Source of the DNA: an uncultured Bacilli bacterium | GTDB taxonomy: Bacteria; Bacillota_I; Bacilli_A; RF39; UBA660 | DNA length: 64,000 nt | Reading direction: 5' to 3' | Assembly: GCA_934167465.1 (NCBI GenBank) | Contig: CAKPKR010000001.1 | Span: 359,732 to 423,731, forward strand | Part shown: positions 38,312 to 48,211 of the stretch, one piece after another | Layout of the letters: each line of letters begins with the position of its first letter | Position numbering within the stretch: position 1 is the first letter of the stretch | The notes under the pieces: generated by a model | What the model was told of the DNA's origin: nothing | What the model saw: only the letters and a program-made list of their open reading frames with translations | Database searches by the model: none | Made by a program: the position numbers and the translations under genes

Positions 38312-39406
38312 ATGTATACAGATGTAATATTAAAAGGATTATTATATTTTCCTATTGTTGCTTTATTAATAACATTTCCATATATGTTATATGAATATCA
38401 TAAATTTGGTTCAATTCATCCATATAGAACATTTATTATATATTCATTTGTTTTATATCTTTTAATAGCTTATTTTCTAGTAATACTTCCACTACCAACA
38501 TTTGAAAGTGTTGCTACATTAACGACTCCAAGAATGCAGTTAATTCCTTTTTCATTTATAAATGATATTATAAAAGAAAATACAATTGTTTTAGGAAACA
38601 TAAATACATATTTACCTGGATTAGCTAAATCTTGCTTTTATGTTCCTTTATATAATGTTTTTTTAACTCTTCCTTTTGGTATTTATTTACACTACTATTT
38701 TAAATTAGATTTAAAAAAAGTGACAATATTTTCGTTTTTATTAAGTTTATTTTTTGAATTGACACAATTAACAGGATTATATTTTATTTATCCAAGAGGA
38801 TATAGATTATTTGATGTTGATGATTTATTATTAAATACATTAGGTGGTGTAATTGGCTATTATATTGCTTTTATAGCAATTAAAATATTGCCTAATAAAG
38901 ATGAAATAAATGATAAAGCCTATGAAATAGGCAAAAAAGTATCATTTATAAAAAGAATAACAGTATATATATTTGATATATTAATTTACTTTACAATTGA
39001 TACTATCATTTATACTTTAACAAATAAGAATGCAGTATTTATTTTATGGATTATATATTATATTTTAATTCCAATAATATTTAAAAGAACAATAGGGCAA
39101 AAATTTTTAAATATAAAATTGCAAAGTATGAATGATAAAAAAATATCTATCTTAAGAATTGTTGAAAGAGAAATCTTATTAATAACAACATACTATGGAT
39201 TTCCGATTATAATTACATATATTTTCTTTCTTTTATATTCTTATTTACATATAAATTTATTATTTGGATTTATAGTTATGTTTATAATATTAATCTATTA
39301 TATAATTGTTTTAATTAAATTAATTAGAAATAAAGATTTATTATACGAGAAAATAAGCAAAATTAAATTAAAAAGTACAATATTACAAAATTGTAATGAT
39401 ATGTAA
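38312..39406 (+). CDS. VanZ-like and RDD-domain fusion membrane protein
   Basis: VanZ-like N-terminal half (...LLLNTLGGVIGYYIAF) and RDD-like C-terminal half (FDILIYFTID...KRTIGQKFLNIKL). Confidence 0.55.
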   Translation: MYTDVILKGLLYFPIVALLITFPYMLYEYHKFGSIHPYRTFIIYSFVLYLLIAYFLVILPLPTFESVATLTTPRMQLIPFSFINDIIKENTIVLGNINTYLPGLAKSCFYVPLYNVFLTLPFGIYLHYYFKLDLKKVTIFSFLLSLFFELTQLTGLYFIYPRGYRLFDVDDLLLNTLGGVIGYYIAFIAIKILPNKDEINDKAYEIGKKVSFIKRITVYIFDILIYFTIDTIIYTLTNKNAVFILWIIYYILIPIIFKRTIGQKFLNIKLQSMNDKKISILRIVEREILLITTYYGFPIIITYIFFLLYSYLHINLLFGFIVMFIILIYYIIVLIKLIRNKDLLYEKISKIKLKSTILQNCNDM

Positions 39407-39463
39407 TTTAAATCAATTGTTAATAAAAGTCATTTAAAATATAATGTTTTTGAGGTGAAGAAA

Positions 39464-40228
39464 ATGAAAGTTTTAAAAATAGAAAATTTAGAAAAATACT
39501 ATGGTAATAGGGGAAATATTACAAAAGCAGTTGATAATATTTCTTTTGAAGTAGAAAAGGGAGAATTTGTAGCTATAATGGGCGCAAGTGGAAGTGGTAA
39601 AACAACTTTACTAAATTGTATTTCAACAGTCGATAAAGTTACAAGTGGACACATTTATATTAATGAGAAAGATATAACAAAAATTAGAGGTAAAAATTTA
39701 AATAAATTCAGAAGAGAAGAATTAGGATTTATATTCCAAGATTTTAATTTACTAGATACTTTAACAGCTTATGAAAACATTGCTTTATCATTAACAATTA
39801 ATAAAGAAAAAACAAATATGATTGATAAAAAAGTATTAGAAGTTGCGAAAGAATTAGAGATTGAAGATGTTCTTGAAAAATACCCATATCAAATGAGTGG
39901 TGGTCAAAAACAAAGAGTGGCAAGTGCTAGAGCGATAGTTACTAAACCATCCTTAATTTTAGCTGATGAACCAACTGGGGCATTAGATTCTAAATCAGCT
40001 AGAATGTTACTAGAAAAATTTGAAAATTTAAATGATGATTTATCTTCAACAATATTGATGGTTACCCACGATGCTTTTACTGCCAGTTATGCTGATCGCA
40101 TTATATTTATCAAAGATGGAAAAATCTTTAACGAAATAGTTAAAGGAAACAAAACAAGAAAAGAATTCTTTGAAAATATAATTGATGTAGTCACATTACT
40201 TGGAGGTGATTTGAATAATGTTGTTTAG
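39464..40228 (+). CDS. ABC transporter ATP-binding protein (BceA-like)
   Basis: Walker A (GASGSGKTT), signature (LSGGQKQR) and Walker B (ILADEPTGALD). Confidence 0.85.
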   Translation: MKVLKIENLEKYYGNRGNITKAVDNISFEVEKGEFVAIMGASGSGKTTLLNCISTVDKVTSGHIYINEKDITKIRGKNLNKFRREELGFIFQDFNLLDTLTAYENIALSLTINKEKTNMIDKKVLEVAKELEIEDVLEKYPYQMSGGQKQRVASARAIVTKPSLILADEPTGALDSKSARMLLEKFENLNDDLSSTILMVTHDAFTASYADRIIFIKDGKIFNEIVKGNKTRKEFFENIIDVVTLLGGDLNNVV

Positions 40229-42200
40229 TTTAGCTTTTAAAAATATCAAAAAGAGTATTAAAGATTATAGTATTTACTTTTTTACTTTAGTTATGGCTGT
40301 TTCCATATTTTATATTTTTAATTCTGTTGGCAGTCAACAATCAATGATGAATCTAACAGCTAATAAAGTGGAAATGATTACAGTTTTAGTAAAAATTATA
40401 GATTACTTATCAGTTTTTGTCTCTGTAATCTTGGGATTTTTGATTATATATTCAAATAACTTTTTGATTAAAAGAAGAAAAAAAGAGTTAGGACTATATT
40501 TAACTTTAGGAATGAGTAAATCTAAGGTATCAGCTATATTAGTTATAGAAACATTATTAGTCGGTCTTATTTCTTTAGGGGTAGGATTATTAATTGGAAT
40601 AATTGGATCACAATTTTTATCATTATTTGTAGCCAAATTATTTGAAGCCGATATGAATGATTTCACATTTATTTTTTCAACATCAGCTTTTTTTAAGACA
40701 ATTGTATATTTTGGAATAATATTTATATTAGTTATGATTTTCAATGTGTTCAATTTATCAAGAAATAAGTTAATCGATTTATTGACTGCTTCAAAGAAAA
40801 ATGAAAAAGTAAAGTTTAGAAATAAATATGTAGTTACAATATCATTTTTATTAGCAATTGTTCTTTTAGGTTATGCATATCATTTATTATTTAATGGAAT
40901 TTTTTATCAATTAAATAATGATATAATTAAAATGCTTCTGTCTGGGGCTTTAGGTATGTTATTACTTTTTTTCTCAATATCTGGATTTTCACTAAAAATA
41001 TTTCAATTAAATAAGAAAATATATTTTAATGATTTAAATATGTTTACTTTAAAACAAATTAATAGCAAAATTAATACAACTGTTATTTCAACTACAATAA
41101 TATGTTTAATGTTGTTATTAACAATTGGTATTTTATCAGGTTCTCTTTCTTTGGCTAATATGATGAATAGTGATTTAGAAAAAAATAATATGTTTGATTT
41201 TACAATTCATAGTTTTTCAGATGAAATATATGAAGGAAAAATAGATAATTATTTAAGTGATTATGTTATTTATGATATAAGCTATGATGGTGTTTCTGTA
41301 GAAGATATTCTTGGTGAAAAAATTACTTCTAAGTTGTCAAATGAGTTATCAAATGAATCTGTTGGTACAAATGCTGTTCCAGTTATAGTTGAAAGTGATT
41401 TTAATAAATTGATGAAACTAGAAAATGAGAAAACTATTCGACTTAAAGAAAATGAATATTTAATTTTATCTAATTTTGATAAACAAACAGAATATTATAA
41501 TTTAGCACTTAAAAATAATCATAAAGTTAAATTTACAGATAGTAGTCAAAATAACTATTATTTAGTTCCGGCTAAAAACAAGGTAGTAGAATTACCGATA
41601 GAAAATAGTATTAATGGTAATAGTGGTGTATTTGTAATAAGTGATGAATTAAAAGAAAAAATTAATCTTGAAATTTATAACAAAGTTATTGTTGGAAATT
41701 ATAAGAATACAAATAAAGAAGAAGCAGAAAAAGAGTTTTTTGATTATATTAGAAATAATTTTCACGATTATGGTTATACAACTAAATTAGTTGAAGAAGC
41801 AAATAGTATTGGTACAAAGGCTATGTTTACATTTATTGGTTTATATCTAGGAATTGTGTTTGCAATAAGTAGTGCTACTGTTTTAGCAATTTCAGAATTA
41901 TCAGAATCAAGTGATAATAAAGAAAGATACAAAGTCTTAAAATTAATTGGTGCTGATTACAAAATAATTAATAAATCTCTATTTATTCAAATTTCTGTTG
42001 CTTTCCTATTACCTTTAATATTTGCAATAATTCATGCTATCTTTGGATTAGGAGAGTTTAATAAAATTGTTAAATTAATGGCTTCTACTGATTTAACTAG
42101 TAATATAATTGTAACATCATTATTTATTATAATTGTTTATGGTGGATATTTTATAGCTACTTATTTAGTAAGTAAAAATATAATAAATGAAAAAAATTAA
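40218..42200 (+). CDS. FtsX-family ABC permease with a large extracellular domain (BceB-like)
   Basis: 660 aa, about 10 transmembrane helices and a roughly 220-aa soluble loop. Overlaps the ATPase gene. Confidence 0.75.
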   Translation: MLFSLAFKNIKKSIKDYSIYFFTLVMAVSIFYIFNSVGSQQSMMNLTANKVEMITVLVKIIDYLSVFVSVILGFLIIYSNNFLIKRRKKELGLYLTLGMSKSKVSAILVIETLLVGLISLGVGLLIGIIGSQFLSLFVAKLFEADMNDFTFIFSTSAFFKTIVYFGIIFILVMIFNVFNLSRNKLIDLLTASKKNEKVKFRNKYVVTISFLLAIVLLGYAYHLLFNGIFYQLNNDIIKMLLSGALGMLLLFFSISGFSLKIFQLNKKIYFNDLNMFTLKQINSKINTTVISTTIICLMLLLTIGILSGSLSLANMMNSDLEKNNMFDFTIHSFSDEIYEGKIDNYLSDYVIYDISYDGVSVEDILGEKITSKLSNELSNESVGTNAVPVIVESDFNKLMKLENEKTIRLKENEYLILSNFDKQTEYYNLALKNNHKVKFTDSSQNNYYLVPAKNKVVELPIENSINGNSGVFVISDELKEKINLEIYNKVIVGNYKNTNKEEAEKEFFDYIRNNFHDYGYTTKLVEEANSIGTKAMFTFIGLYLGIVFAISSATVLAISELSESSDNKERYKVLKLIGADYKIINKSLFIQISVAFLLPLIFAIIHAIFGLGEFNKIVKLMASTDLTSNIIVTSLFIIIVYGGYFIATYLVSKNIINEKN

Positions 42201-42353
42201 AAATAAGCTAATTTTGCTTATTTTTTTGTTTTTTTGTTTCGAATATTGAAAATTGGTTTAGTAGAAATTGAAAATTGGCATCATTTTTAACAATTTTGGT
42301 ACTTTGACTTTATAATTGTAATGCTTTATATTCTTTGTCAGAAAGGAGATTTT

Positions 42354-43682
42354 ATGAAAAAATTTATTTATTTTTTAAGTATTATGATGTTTGCAGTTAG
42401 TATTAAAGCAATAAGCCCGGAAGTTAATTATCAAGAAGGAATTTATAGTAATAGAATTGGTGATAAATTATATTCTGGTCAAATGGCTTTTATATTTATG
42501 AATGAGCATATAGTGTATTGCTTAGAACCTTTTGAGATTGTTGGTAAAACTTACTATGAAGATAGAGATTATTTAAATAGGTTTGATGAAGCTACTATTG
42601 AATATTTTGAATTAGTTGCTTATTATGGCTATAATTCAGAAAGAAATAGTATATATCACTATATGGCTGCACAAGAGATAATTTGGGAGAAAATATTAGG
42701 GGGTGATTATGTTTACTGGACAACTGGTATAAATGGGACAGGTGATATTATAAATATTGATAGTTATAAAAATGAAATAATTGATAATGTTAATGCTTTC
42801 TATATGAAACCTAGTTTTGAAGAAAAATTTTATTCCTTACCTTTTTTTGAGGAAAATTTGATTTATGATGAAAATGGAATTTTTAATACTTATACTGAGT
42901 ATGGATATGGTGGTAGTAATCAGATTGAAAGAATAGATAGTGGGTTTAAAATAACTATTTTAGAGGAAGGTGAAACTACTATTAATTATAGTAAAGTTTT
43001 AAAAACTAATAATGATACAGTAGTTTATACAGGGAAAGGTAATCAACCTTTGGCAAGTTTTGGTATTAATAAAGTTAAGTCAGGAAACTTATATATATAT
43101 GGCAGAGAATATGCAACAAGACTTAGTTTGATCTTTTATGATAACAAAACTAAAGAACGAATAAATGATGTTGATTTTAATGTAAAAGAATTAGATGATA
43201 ATTGGGGAAAATGGAATGGTGTTTATAATTATGGTGTTGCAATTGGTGAAGGAAAATATACAATTGAGGTGAATGATTATGAAATTGTTGGAAATAATTA
43301 TTTTATTATTAATAAGGAAGATATGAAGAAAAATACGATAATTGAAGTTTATTTAGAAAAACATGAATCAAAAGATGAGACAAATATTGATGAACCAACT
43401 GATAAAGATTTGGATGATGATAAATCTAATGATGAAGAAATTACTTTACCTGATGATAAGGAACAAGAAGATAAACAGCCAATAGATGAAGAAATATATG
43501 AAGAACCAAATTTTAATGGTGAATCAGATATTACTAATAAAATTCAGGATATAAATGTATCTAAAAATGATAAAGTATTTGAAGAATTACCTAACACTTC
43601 AAATTATAATTTATTTATATATATATTATTAATAATAAATTTATTTATAGGAATTATTCTATATGAAAAAACTAGGAATTAG
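42354..43682 (+). CDS. Sortase-anchored surface protein with a thioester-domain-like N-terminal region
   Basis: Signal peptide. YCLEP and AAQEIIW motifs, which resemble the Cys...TQxA(I/V)W thioester motifs. C-terminal LPNTS followed by a hydrophobic stretch and a KTRN tail. Confidence 0.55.
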   Translation: MKKFIYFLSIMMFAVSIKAISPEVNYQEGIYSNRIGDKLYSGQMAFIFMNEHIVYCLEPFEIVGKTYYEDRDYLNRFDEATIEYFELVAYYGYNSERNSIYHYMAAQEIIWEKILGGDYVYWTTGINGTGDIINIDSYKNEIIDNVNAFYMKPSFEEKFYSLPFFEENLIYDENGIFNTYTEYGYGGSNQIERIDSGFKITILEEGETTINYSKVLKTNNDTVVYTGKGNQPLASFGINKVKSGNLYIYGREYATRLSLIFYDNKTKERINDVDFNVKELDDNWGKWNGVYNYGVAIGEGKYTIEVNDYEIVGNNYFIINKEDMKKNTIIEVYLEKHESKDETNIDEPTDKDLDDDKSNDEEITLPDDKEQEDKQPIDEEIYEEPNFNGESDITNKIQDINVSKNDKVFEELPNTSNYNLFIYILLIINLFIGIILYEKTRN

Positions 43683-44145
43683 TTTAATTATTATATCTAT
43701 TTTATCATTTTTAATTTTAAAAATTTATTTATTATGTGAATATGATAGTCATTCTAAAATAATTGATAGAATATTTATCAAAGGAGAAAAGTTAGAGACG
43801 AATTATATTGGTTATGTTGAAATTAAAAGTGTAAATATTAAAAGAGGAATAGTAAATGGAATTAATAATGTTATATTAAATAATAATGATATTGGAATAA
43901 TTAGAGATAATAATATCATATTAGCCGGACATGGCGTTGAAAATGTATTTGGAAGATTGAATAAAATAAATGTTTTTGATGAAGTAAAAATACATTTATA
44001 TGATAAGGATTATTATTTTACAATACATAAAAAAATAATAGTATCTAAAGATAATTTAGATTATTTAAATGAGGATTTAGTTTTAATAACTTGTACTAAT
44101 GATGATAAAAGATTGTTAGTATTAGGTACAAAAAAACCGCTATAA
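43663..44145 (+). CDS. Sortase (small, class B/D-like)
   Basis: ILAGHG (His), LVLITCT (Cys) and RLLVLG (Arg) catalytic motifs, plus an N-terminal transmembrane anchor. Confidence 0.7.
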   Translation: MKKLGISLIIISILSFLILKIYLLCEYDSHSKIIDRIFIKGEKLETNYIGYVEIKSVNIKRGIVNGINNVILNNNDIGIIRDNNIILAGHGVENVFGRLNKINVFDEVKIHLYDKDYYFTIHKKIIVSKDNLDYLNEDLVLITCTNDDKRLLVLGTKKPL

Positions 44146-44152
44146 ACGGTTT

Positions 44153-45277
44153 TTATTTTAATATATAAGGATTTTCTATAGTTCCATCACCAGACACATA
44201 TGTTGTGTTAGCATCAATGTGAATTACAGCTCTAATTCTTGAAGTGTTGTTAGCGGTTGTAATCATAGGTGTATCGATAAATTTATATACTTTATTCGTT
44301 TTGTCAGCGCTTGTTGTTATTGACCAATATGAAGTTCTGAAATTACTTAAATAATTGTAATTTTGACATGCTCTATTTAGTGGACTAATACAATTATTAT
44401 CTAAAGAGGCTAGTCCGTATTCATTTACTTGAAGTAGGCCGATCATAAAGTTATCGTAAGTACTAGAACATTCTATAGAACCATCTTTTGAAGTATCAGT
44501 TTCTTTTCTTTTTCCAATACATAAATTTTGACTAATTATATGGCTTTTAGCGTTATCATCGAATTCTTTATTATCATTATATAATTCTTCAAGTGAATCT
44601 TTAATTCTACTTACAGCAAAGTCATTAATTCCTTCACTACTTTTAACATCAATATTATATCTATTATCCCATACAATTTCGTCACGAATTGTAGTTTCCA
44701 TCATTCTGATTGAATTATCATTGTTTATTCTAATTATACGCCATTCTTTGTCGGCAAATTTAACATAGTTATTAACTTTTTCTCCTCTAAATATATATGA
44801 ATCATTATAGGCATATAATCCATCACCAGATTCAACTACATTTTTCTTAATAACATCACTTAGATATTTTGTTTTGTAATCTTCACCACAATCTAAGAAT
44901 GCAGTATATAAGATATAATTGTTGTTTGTTTTAGCGTTTACTTTTCCTTTGCAAACTGCTTCTTTATTAGGTGTTAATTTTGTTAAGTCTTTTAAGTATT
45001 TTTTTTCGATTAATGTATCAACATTTACAGATATTTCTTTATTACTTATATTTTTAAATTCTTCTATTCCTTGTTCATCTTCACTATAATATTTTTTAGC
45101 TGCTGTAATCATTTTATCTTCAATTGAACTATAGCTAGTTCTATTTCCCTTTATTACTTTGATTACTATTATTACTGCTATAATTATAAAAATAATAAAT
45201 AAAAATGAAAATAACTTATTAATTAGTTTTTTATCCATTTTTTTTAAGTCTGGCATTTGTATTTTTTTTAAGTCCAT
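44153..45277 (-). CDS. Hypothetical membrane-anchored extracellular protein (374 aa)
   Basis: One N-terminal transmembrane segment and no recognised motifs. Confidence 0.45.
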   Translation of the reverse strand: MDLKKIQMPDLKKMDKKLINKLFSFLFIIFIIIAVIIVIKVIKGNRTSYSSIEDKMITAAKKYYSEDEQGIEEFKNISNKEISVNVDTLIEKKYLKDLTKLTPNKEAVCKGKVNAKTNNNYILYTAFLDCGEDYKTKYLSDVIKKNVVESGDGLYAYNDSYIFRGEKVNNYVKFADKEWRIIRINNDNSIRMMETTIRDEIVWDNRYNIDVKSSEGINDFAVSRIKDSLEELYNDNKEFDDNAKSHIISQNLCIGKRKETDTSKDGSIECSSTYDNFMIGLLQVNEYGLASLDNNCISPLNRACQNYNYLSNFRTSYWSITTSADKTNKVYKFIDTPMITTANNTSRIRAVIHIDANTTYVSGDGTIENPYILK

Positions 45278-45367
45278 AATTTCCCTCCGATTTCAAGTAT
45301 ATTATACAATAAAAAAAAGATTTTGTATACAATAATTTTTTTTGAATATAATTAAAAAGGTGAGACT

Positions 45368-46162
45368 ATGGTTAATATTTTGAAGGGTATTTTCATTGGA
45401 ATGGGCAAAATTATACCTGGGGTATCTGGAAGTTTAATTGCAATGTCACTTGGTGTTTATGAAAAGTGTATTGATATTATTAGTAATTTTTTTACTGAGA
45501 TTAGATATAATTATAAATTTATGTTTGAATTATGTTTGGGTTTTTTACTATCATTTATTCTTTTTAGTAATGTTATATATTATTTTATAACTAATCATTA
45601 TTTTTTGACGATGTGTTTATTTATTGGTTTGATCATAGGTACTATTCCAAATATATTATCGAAAAACAAAATAGAAACAAAAAAAGATTATATTTATATA
45701 TTTATTTCATTTTTGATTATCATTTTGATTTCTTTTTTAGGAAAAGGGTATATAAATATTGAAAATGATTTTAATGGTTATATACTAACTATTTTAATTG
45801 GTTTTGTTGATGCTATTACGATGATTATTCCTGGTATAAGTGGTACAGCTATATTTATGGTTTTAGGAGTATATGAATTTGTTTTGTTGTTATTTAGTAA
45901 GTTATTATTTCCGTTTATAATTTTTTTTGGAATTGGACTTATGATAGGAGTTTATATAACTAGTAAATTAATTAATTATTGTTTTAAAAATTTTAATCAT
46001 CAAACTTATTTATTGATTCTTGGTTTTGTATTTTCTTCTTTATTATTTTTAATTGTTGATACTTTTAGTAAATCATTTAATTTATTACAATTTGTAATAG
46101 GTGTAGTTTTGATTATATTTGGGTATTTTATTTCGTATTTTTTAGATAAAAAAGAAATATAA
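45368..46162 (+). CDS. DUF368-family membrane protein, a putative undecaprenyl-phosphate translocase
   Basis: N-terminal GIFIGMGKIIPGVSGS signature and about 7 transmembrane helices. Confidence 0.6.
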   Translation: MVNILKGIFIGMGKIIPGVSGSLIAMSLGVYEKCIDIISNFFTEIRYNYKFMFELCLGFLLSFILFSNVIYYFITNHYFLTMCLFIGLIIGTIPNILSKNKIETKKDYIYIFISFLIIILISFLGKGYINIENDFNGYILTILIGFVDAITMIIPGISGTAIFMVLGVYEFVLLLFSKLLFPFIIFFGIGLMIGVYITSKLINYCFKNFNHQTYLLILGFVFSSLLFLIVDTFSKSFNLLQFVIGVVLIIFGYFISYFLDKKEI

Positions 46163-46163
46163 T

Positions 46164-46493
46164 TTGATAGAGGTGATTAAATTGGAAAAGAAAATTCCAA
46201 AAGTGTTTGCAAACAAAATAGACAGAAAAATAGAAAATAATGAAACTTATTCATATACAAGAAATAATGAAGTTTTTAAAGATGATACCATTAAAGAAGA
46301 TATTTTAGATATTAATAGTAAAATTAATAATATTTTTAAATCGAAAGATTATATTTATAAAGTAGATGTAAATATTAAATTAAAGGATGGAGTGGTAAGT
46401 AAGAGGGTTATTGGTAAAAGAAATGATTATTTAATTACAATGGATAATGAATTAATTAAAATTTCTGATATTCTAGATATAAGTATAAAATAG
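46164..46493 (+). CDS. Hypothetical 109-aa protein
   Basis: Translationally coupled to the upstream gene and followed by a terminator. Confidence 0.4.
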   Translation: MIEVIKLEKKIPKVFANKIDRKIENNETYSYTRNNEVFKDDTIKEDILDINSKINNIFKSKDYIYKVDVNIKLKDGVVSKRVIGKRNDYLITMDNELIKISDILDISIK

Positions 46494-46520
46494 ATCATTG
46501 AAAAAATGATTTATTTTTTT
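46494..46520 (+). terminator. Rho-independent terminator (atcatt/aatgat followed by a T-run)
   Basis: Hairpin plus T-run directly after the stop. Confidence 0.6.
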
Positions 46521-47063
46521 AGTATCTGTATGGAATAACTTAATAGTAAAATTTTTTTAAAAACTACCAATTTTCTTAAAAATATTAAAAAACTCTATTC
46601 AATTTTAAATATTGACTAGATCAATTTTCAAAATTGACTTAAAAAATAACAAAATTTGGTATTTTACAATGTTTTTTAAATATGTTATAAATGTTATGTG
46701 AATTCACAAAAATTATATAAGAAAGGAGGGAGTCTCCTAGATATTTTCTGTTTTTGAGCTAATTATTATAATGTTTAAGTTGATTTGAGATTTTTTAAAA
46801 TTTTAATTACTATATTTTTAATTTTATAAGTTAGCATTACACTCATATTTTTATTTCTTCAAAATATTTATTAAAATTTTATTATTTTGCATATTATAAT
46901 GTTAGTTCCTTTAGTAATATTTTAGTTTTATTTGTATGGTCTACTAGTTATTTCTCCTTTATTTAATGAAATTGTTTCAAATATAAAAAATAGATTAGTA
47001 GAATAAGCAAAAATATTAAATAAAAATATAGTAAATATAAAAAAATCTTATTAACAGAAAAAA

Positions 47064-47089
47064 ACTCCATTATGTGGAGTTTTTTTGTT
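47064..47089. terminator. Bidirectional rho-independent terminator (A7-actcca-ttatg-tggagt-T7) at the end of a 560-bp ORF-free region
   Basis: Stem-loop flanked by an A-run and a T-run, with no protein-coding gene upstream on either strand. Confidence 0.5.
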
Positions 47090-47127
47090 ATTCAAAAATT
47101 TTTTCTAAAAATATTATAAACTCCCCC

Positions 47128-47158
47128 TTGACAAAAACGTCTTGGGGGGGGGTATGAT
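47128..47158 (+). promoter_or_regulatory. Promoter TTGACA-19 nt-TATGAT whose spacer ends in a G9 homopolymer. Copy 1 of a duplicated promoter/leader block
   Basis: Consensus -35 and -10 hexamers. G9 at 47144-47152. The block CTTGACAAAAACGTCT..G9..TATGATAT..GTAAGAAAGTAGGAA recurs at 54173-54227. Confidence 0.6.
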
Positions 47159-47181
47159 ATTGTAAGAAAGTAGGAATTTAA

Positions 47182-47631
47182 ATGAAGAAATTAATTAGAA
47201 GTAGAATATTTTTGGTAATAATATGTGGTATAGTATTTACAAGTATTGGAGTTTATGCAGCAACAGCATATAAAGCAAGTGAAATATCATATACCCCAAG
47301 TGGAGGAACCGAAACAAACGTAGAAAATGCATTGAATGATATATATAATATTAAAAAGTTAGGTAATGCTACAGCAGGTGATATAGCAAGTGGTAAGACA
47401 GCGGTAGTTCAAGGAAAATTAATAACAGGAAGTTTACAAAAAAACACAGTTGGAAATTTTAGTGCTGCTATTTCGATTCAAGCATATGATTATTATGATA
47501 GTAGAAGTTCTACATTAAATTTTCAATATAAAAATGGATCAGTTACGTTAACAAATGCTGATTATTTGTCATCTAAGGATGATAGAAGATATTCTTTTAG
47601 AATAACAGGTGTATCAATTAGTGGATTATAG
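47182..47631 (+). CDS. Secreted 149-aa protein. Paralog A of the family: a shared N-terminal region of about 55 aa and a divergent C-terminus
   Basis: Signal/anchor MKKLIRSRIFLVIICGIVFTSIGVYAATAYKAS.. and a NVENALNDIYN motif. Paralog at 54228. Confidence 0.55.
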   Translation: MKKLIRSRIFLVIICGIVFTSIGVYAATAYKASEISYTPSGGTETNVENALNDIYNIKKLGNATAGDIASGKTAVVQGKLITGSLQKNTVGNFSAAISIQAYDYYDSRSSTLNFQYKNGSVTLTNADYLSSKDDRRYSFRITGVSISGL

Positions 47632-47659
47632 AAAAAAGACTTTTTTGAAAGTCTTTTTA
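47632..47659. terminator. Bidirectional terminator (aaaaagac / gtcttttt) between convergent genes
   Basis: 8-bp stem flanked by an A-run and a T-run. Confidence 0.6.
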
Positions 47660-48115
47660 TATGCATTCAACATATGTATCATTTAAACATCTAATGCAGC
47701 AGCAGCAATTTAAATTCATAGTAAAGAAACTATTAGTTGCTACAAAAGGATAAACAGAACTACCATCAGTATTTGGTGCTAAAACTCTAAATGTTGCACA
47801 ATTATCATCTATTTTTTCTATTCTGAATGCACATGAAGTATTGTCTGTTCCGTCGCATGAAGAATTAAATTCTTTAGTTGTTGGCATTTTCCATGGAGTT
47901 CCATTACCACAACAAGTGTATAACATTACTGGTCTAGTATTGCATCCCATTGTTGTAGTTCCACAACCTAAGAATCCTCTGTCACATGTATCTAGGCAAG
48001 CATCACTACATTCAGCATTTTGTTGTAAAATACAAATTACTTTTAAGATGTCTGCAACGCAATTAGAGTTTCCATTATTATTACACATATAATCCACCCC
48101 TTCTTTTATTTTCAT
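47657..48115 (-). CDS. Cysteine-rich CotY/CotZ/ExsY-like spore coat or exosporium protein
   Basis: 24 Cys in 152 aa. CAFRIEKIDDNCATFRVLAPNTDGSSV and CCCCIRCL, recalled from memory to resemble B. subtilis CotY [29 protein letters not shown] / CFCAIQCL. Needs an alignment or HMM check. Confidence 0.5.
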   Translation of the reverse strand: MKIKEGVDYMCNNNGNSNCVADILKVICILQQNAECSDACLDTCDRGFLGCGTTTMGCNTRPVMLYTCCGNGTPWKMPTTKEFNSSCDGTDNTSCAFRIEKIDDNCATFRVLAPNTDGSSVYPFVATNSFFTMNLNCCCCIRCLNDTYVECI

Positions 48116-48211
48116 TATAGTTTATGTTAGGTGTATAAAATTGTGTTAGCTATTCACCTATGATAGACAAAAAAACAAAAAATTTGGTATAATGTTATGG
48201 GGTGAAAAAAA

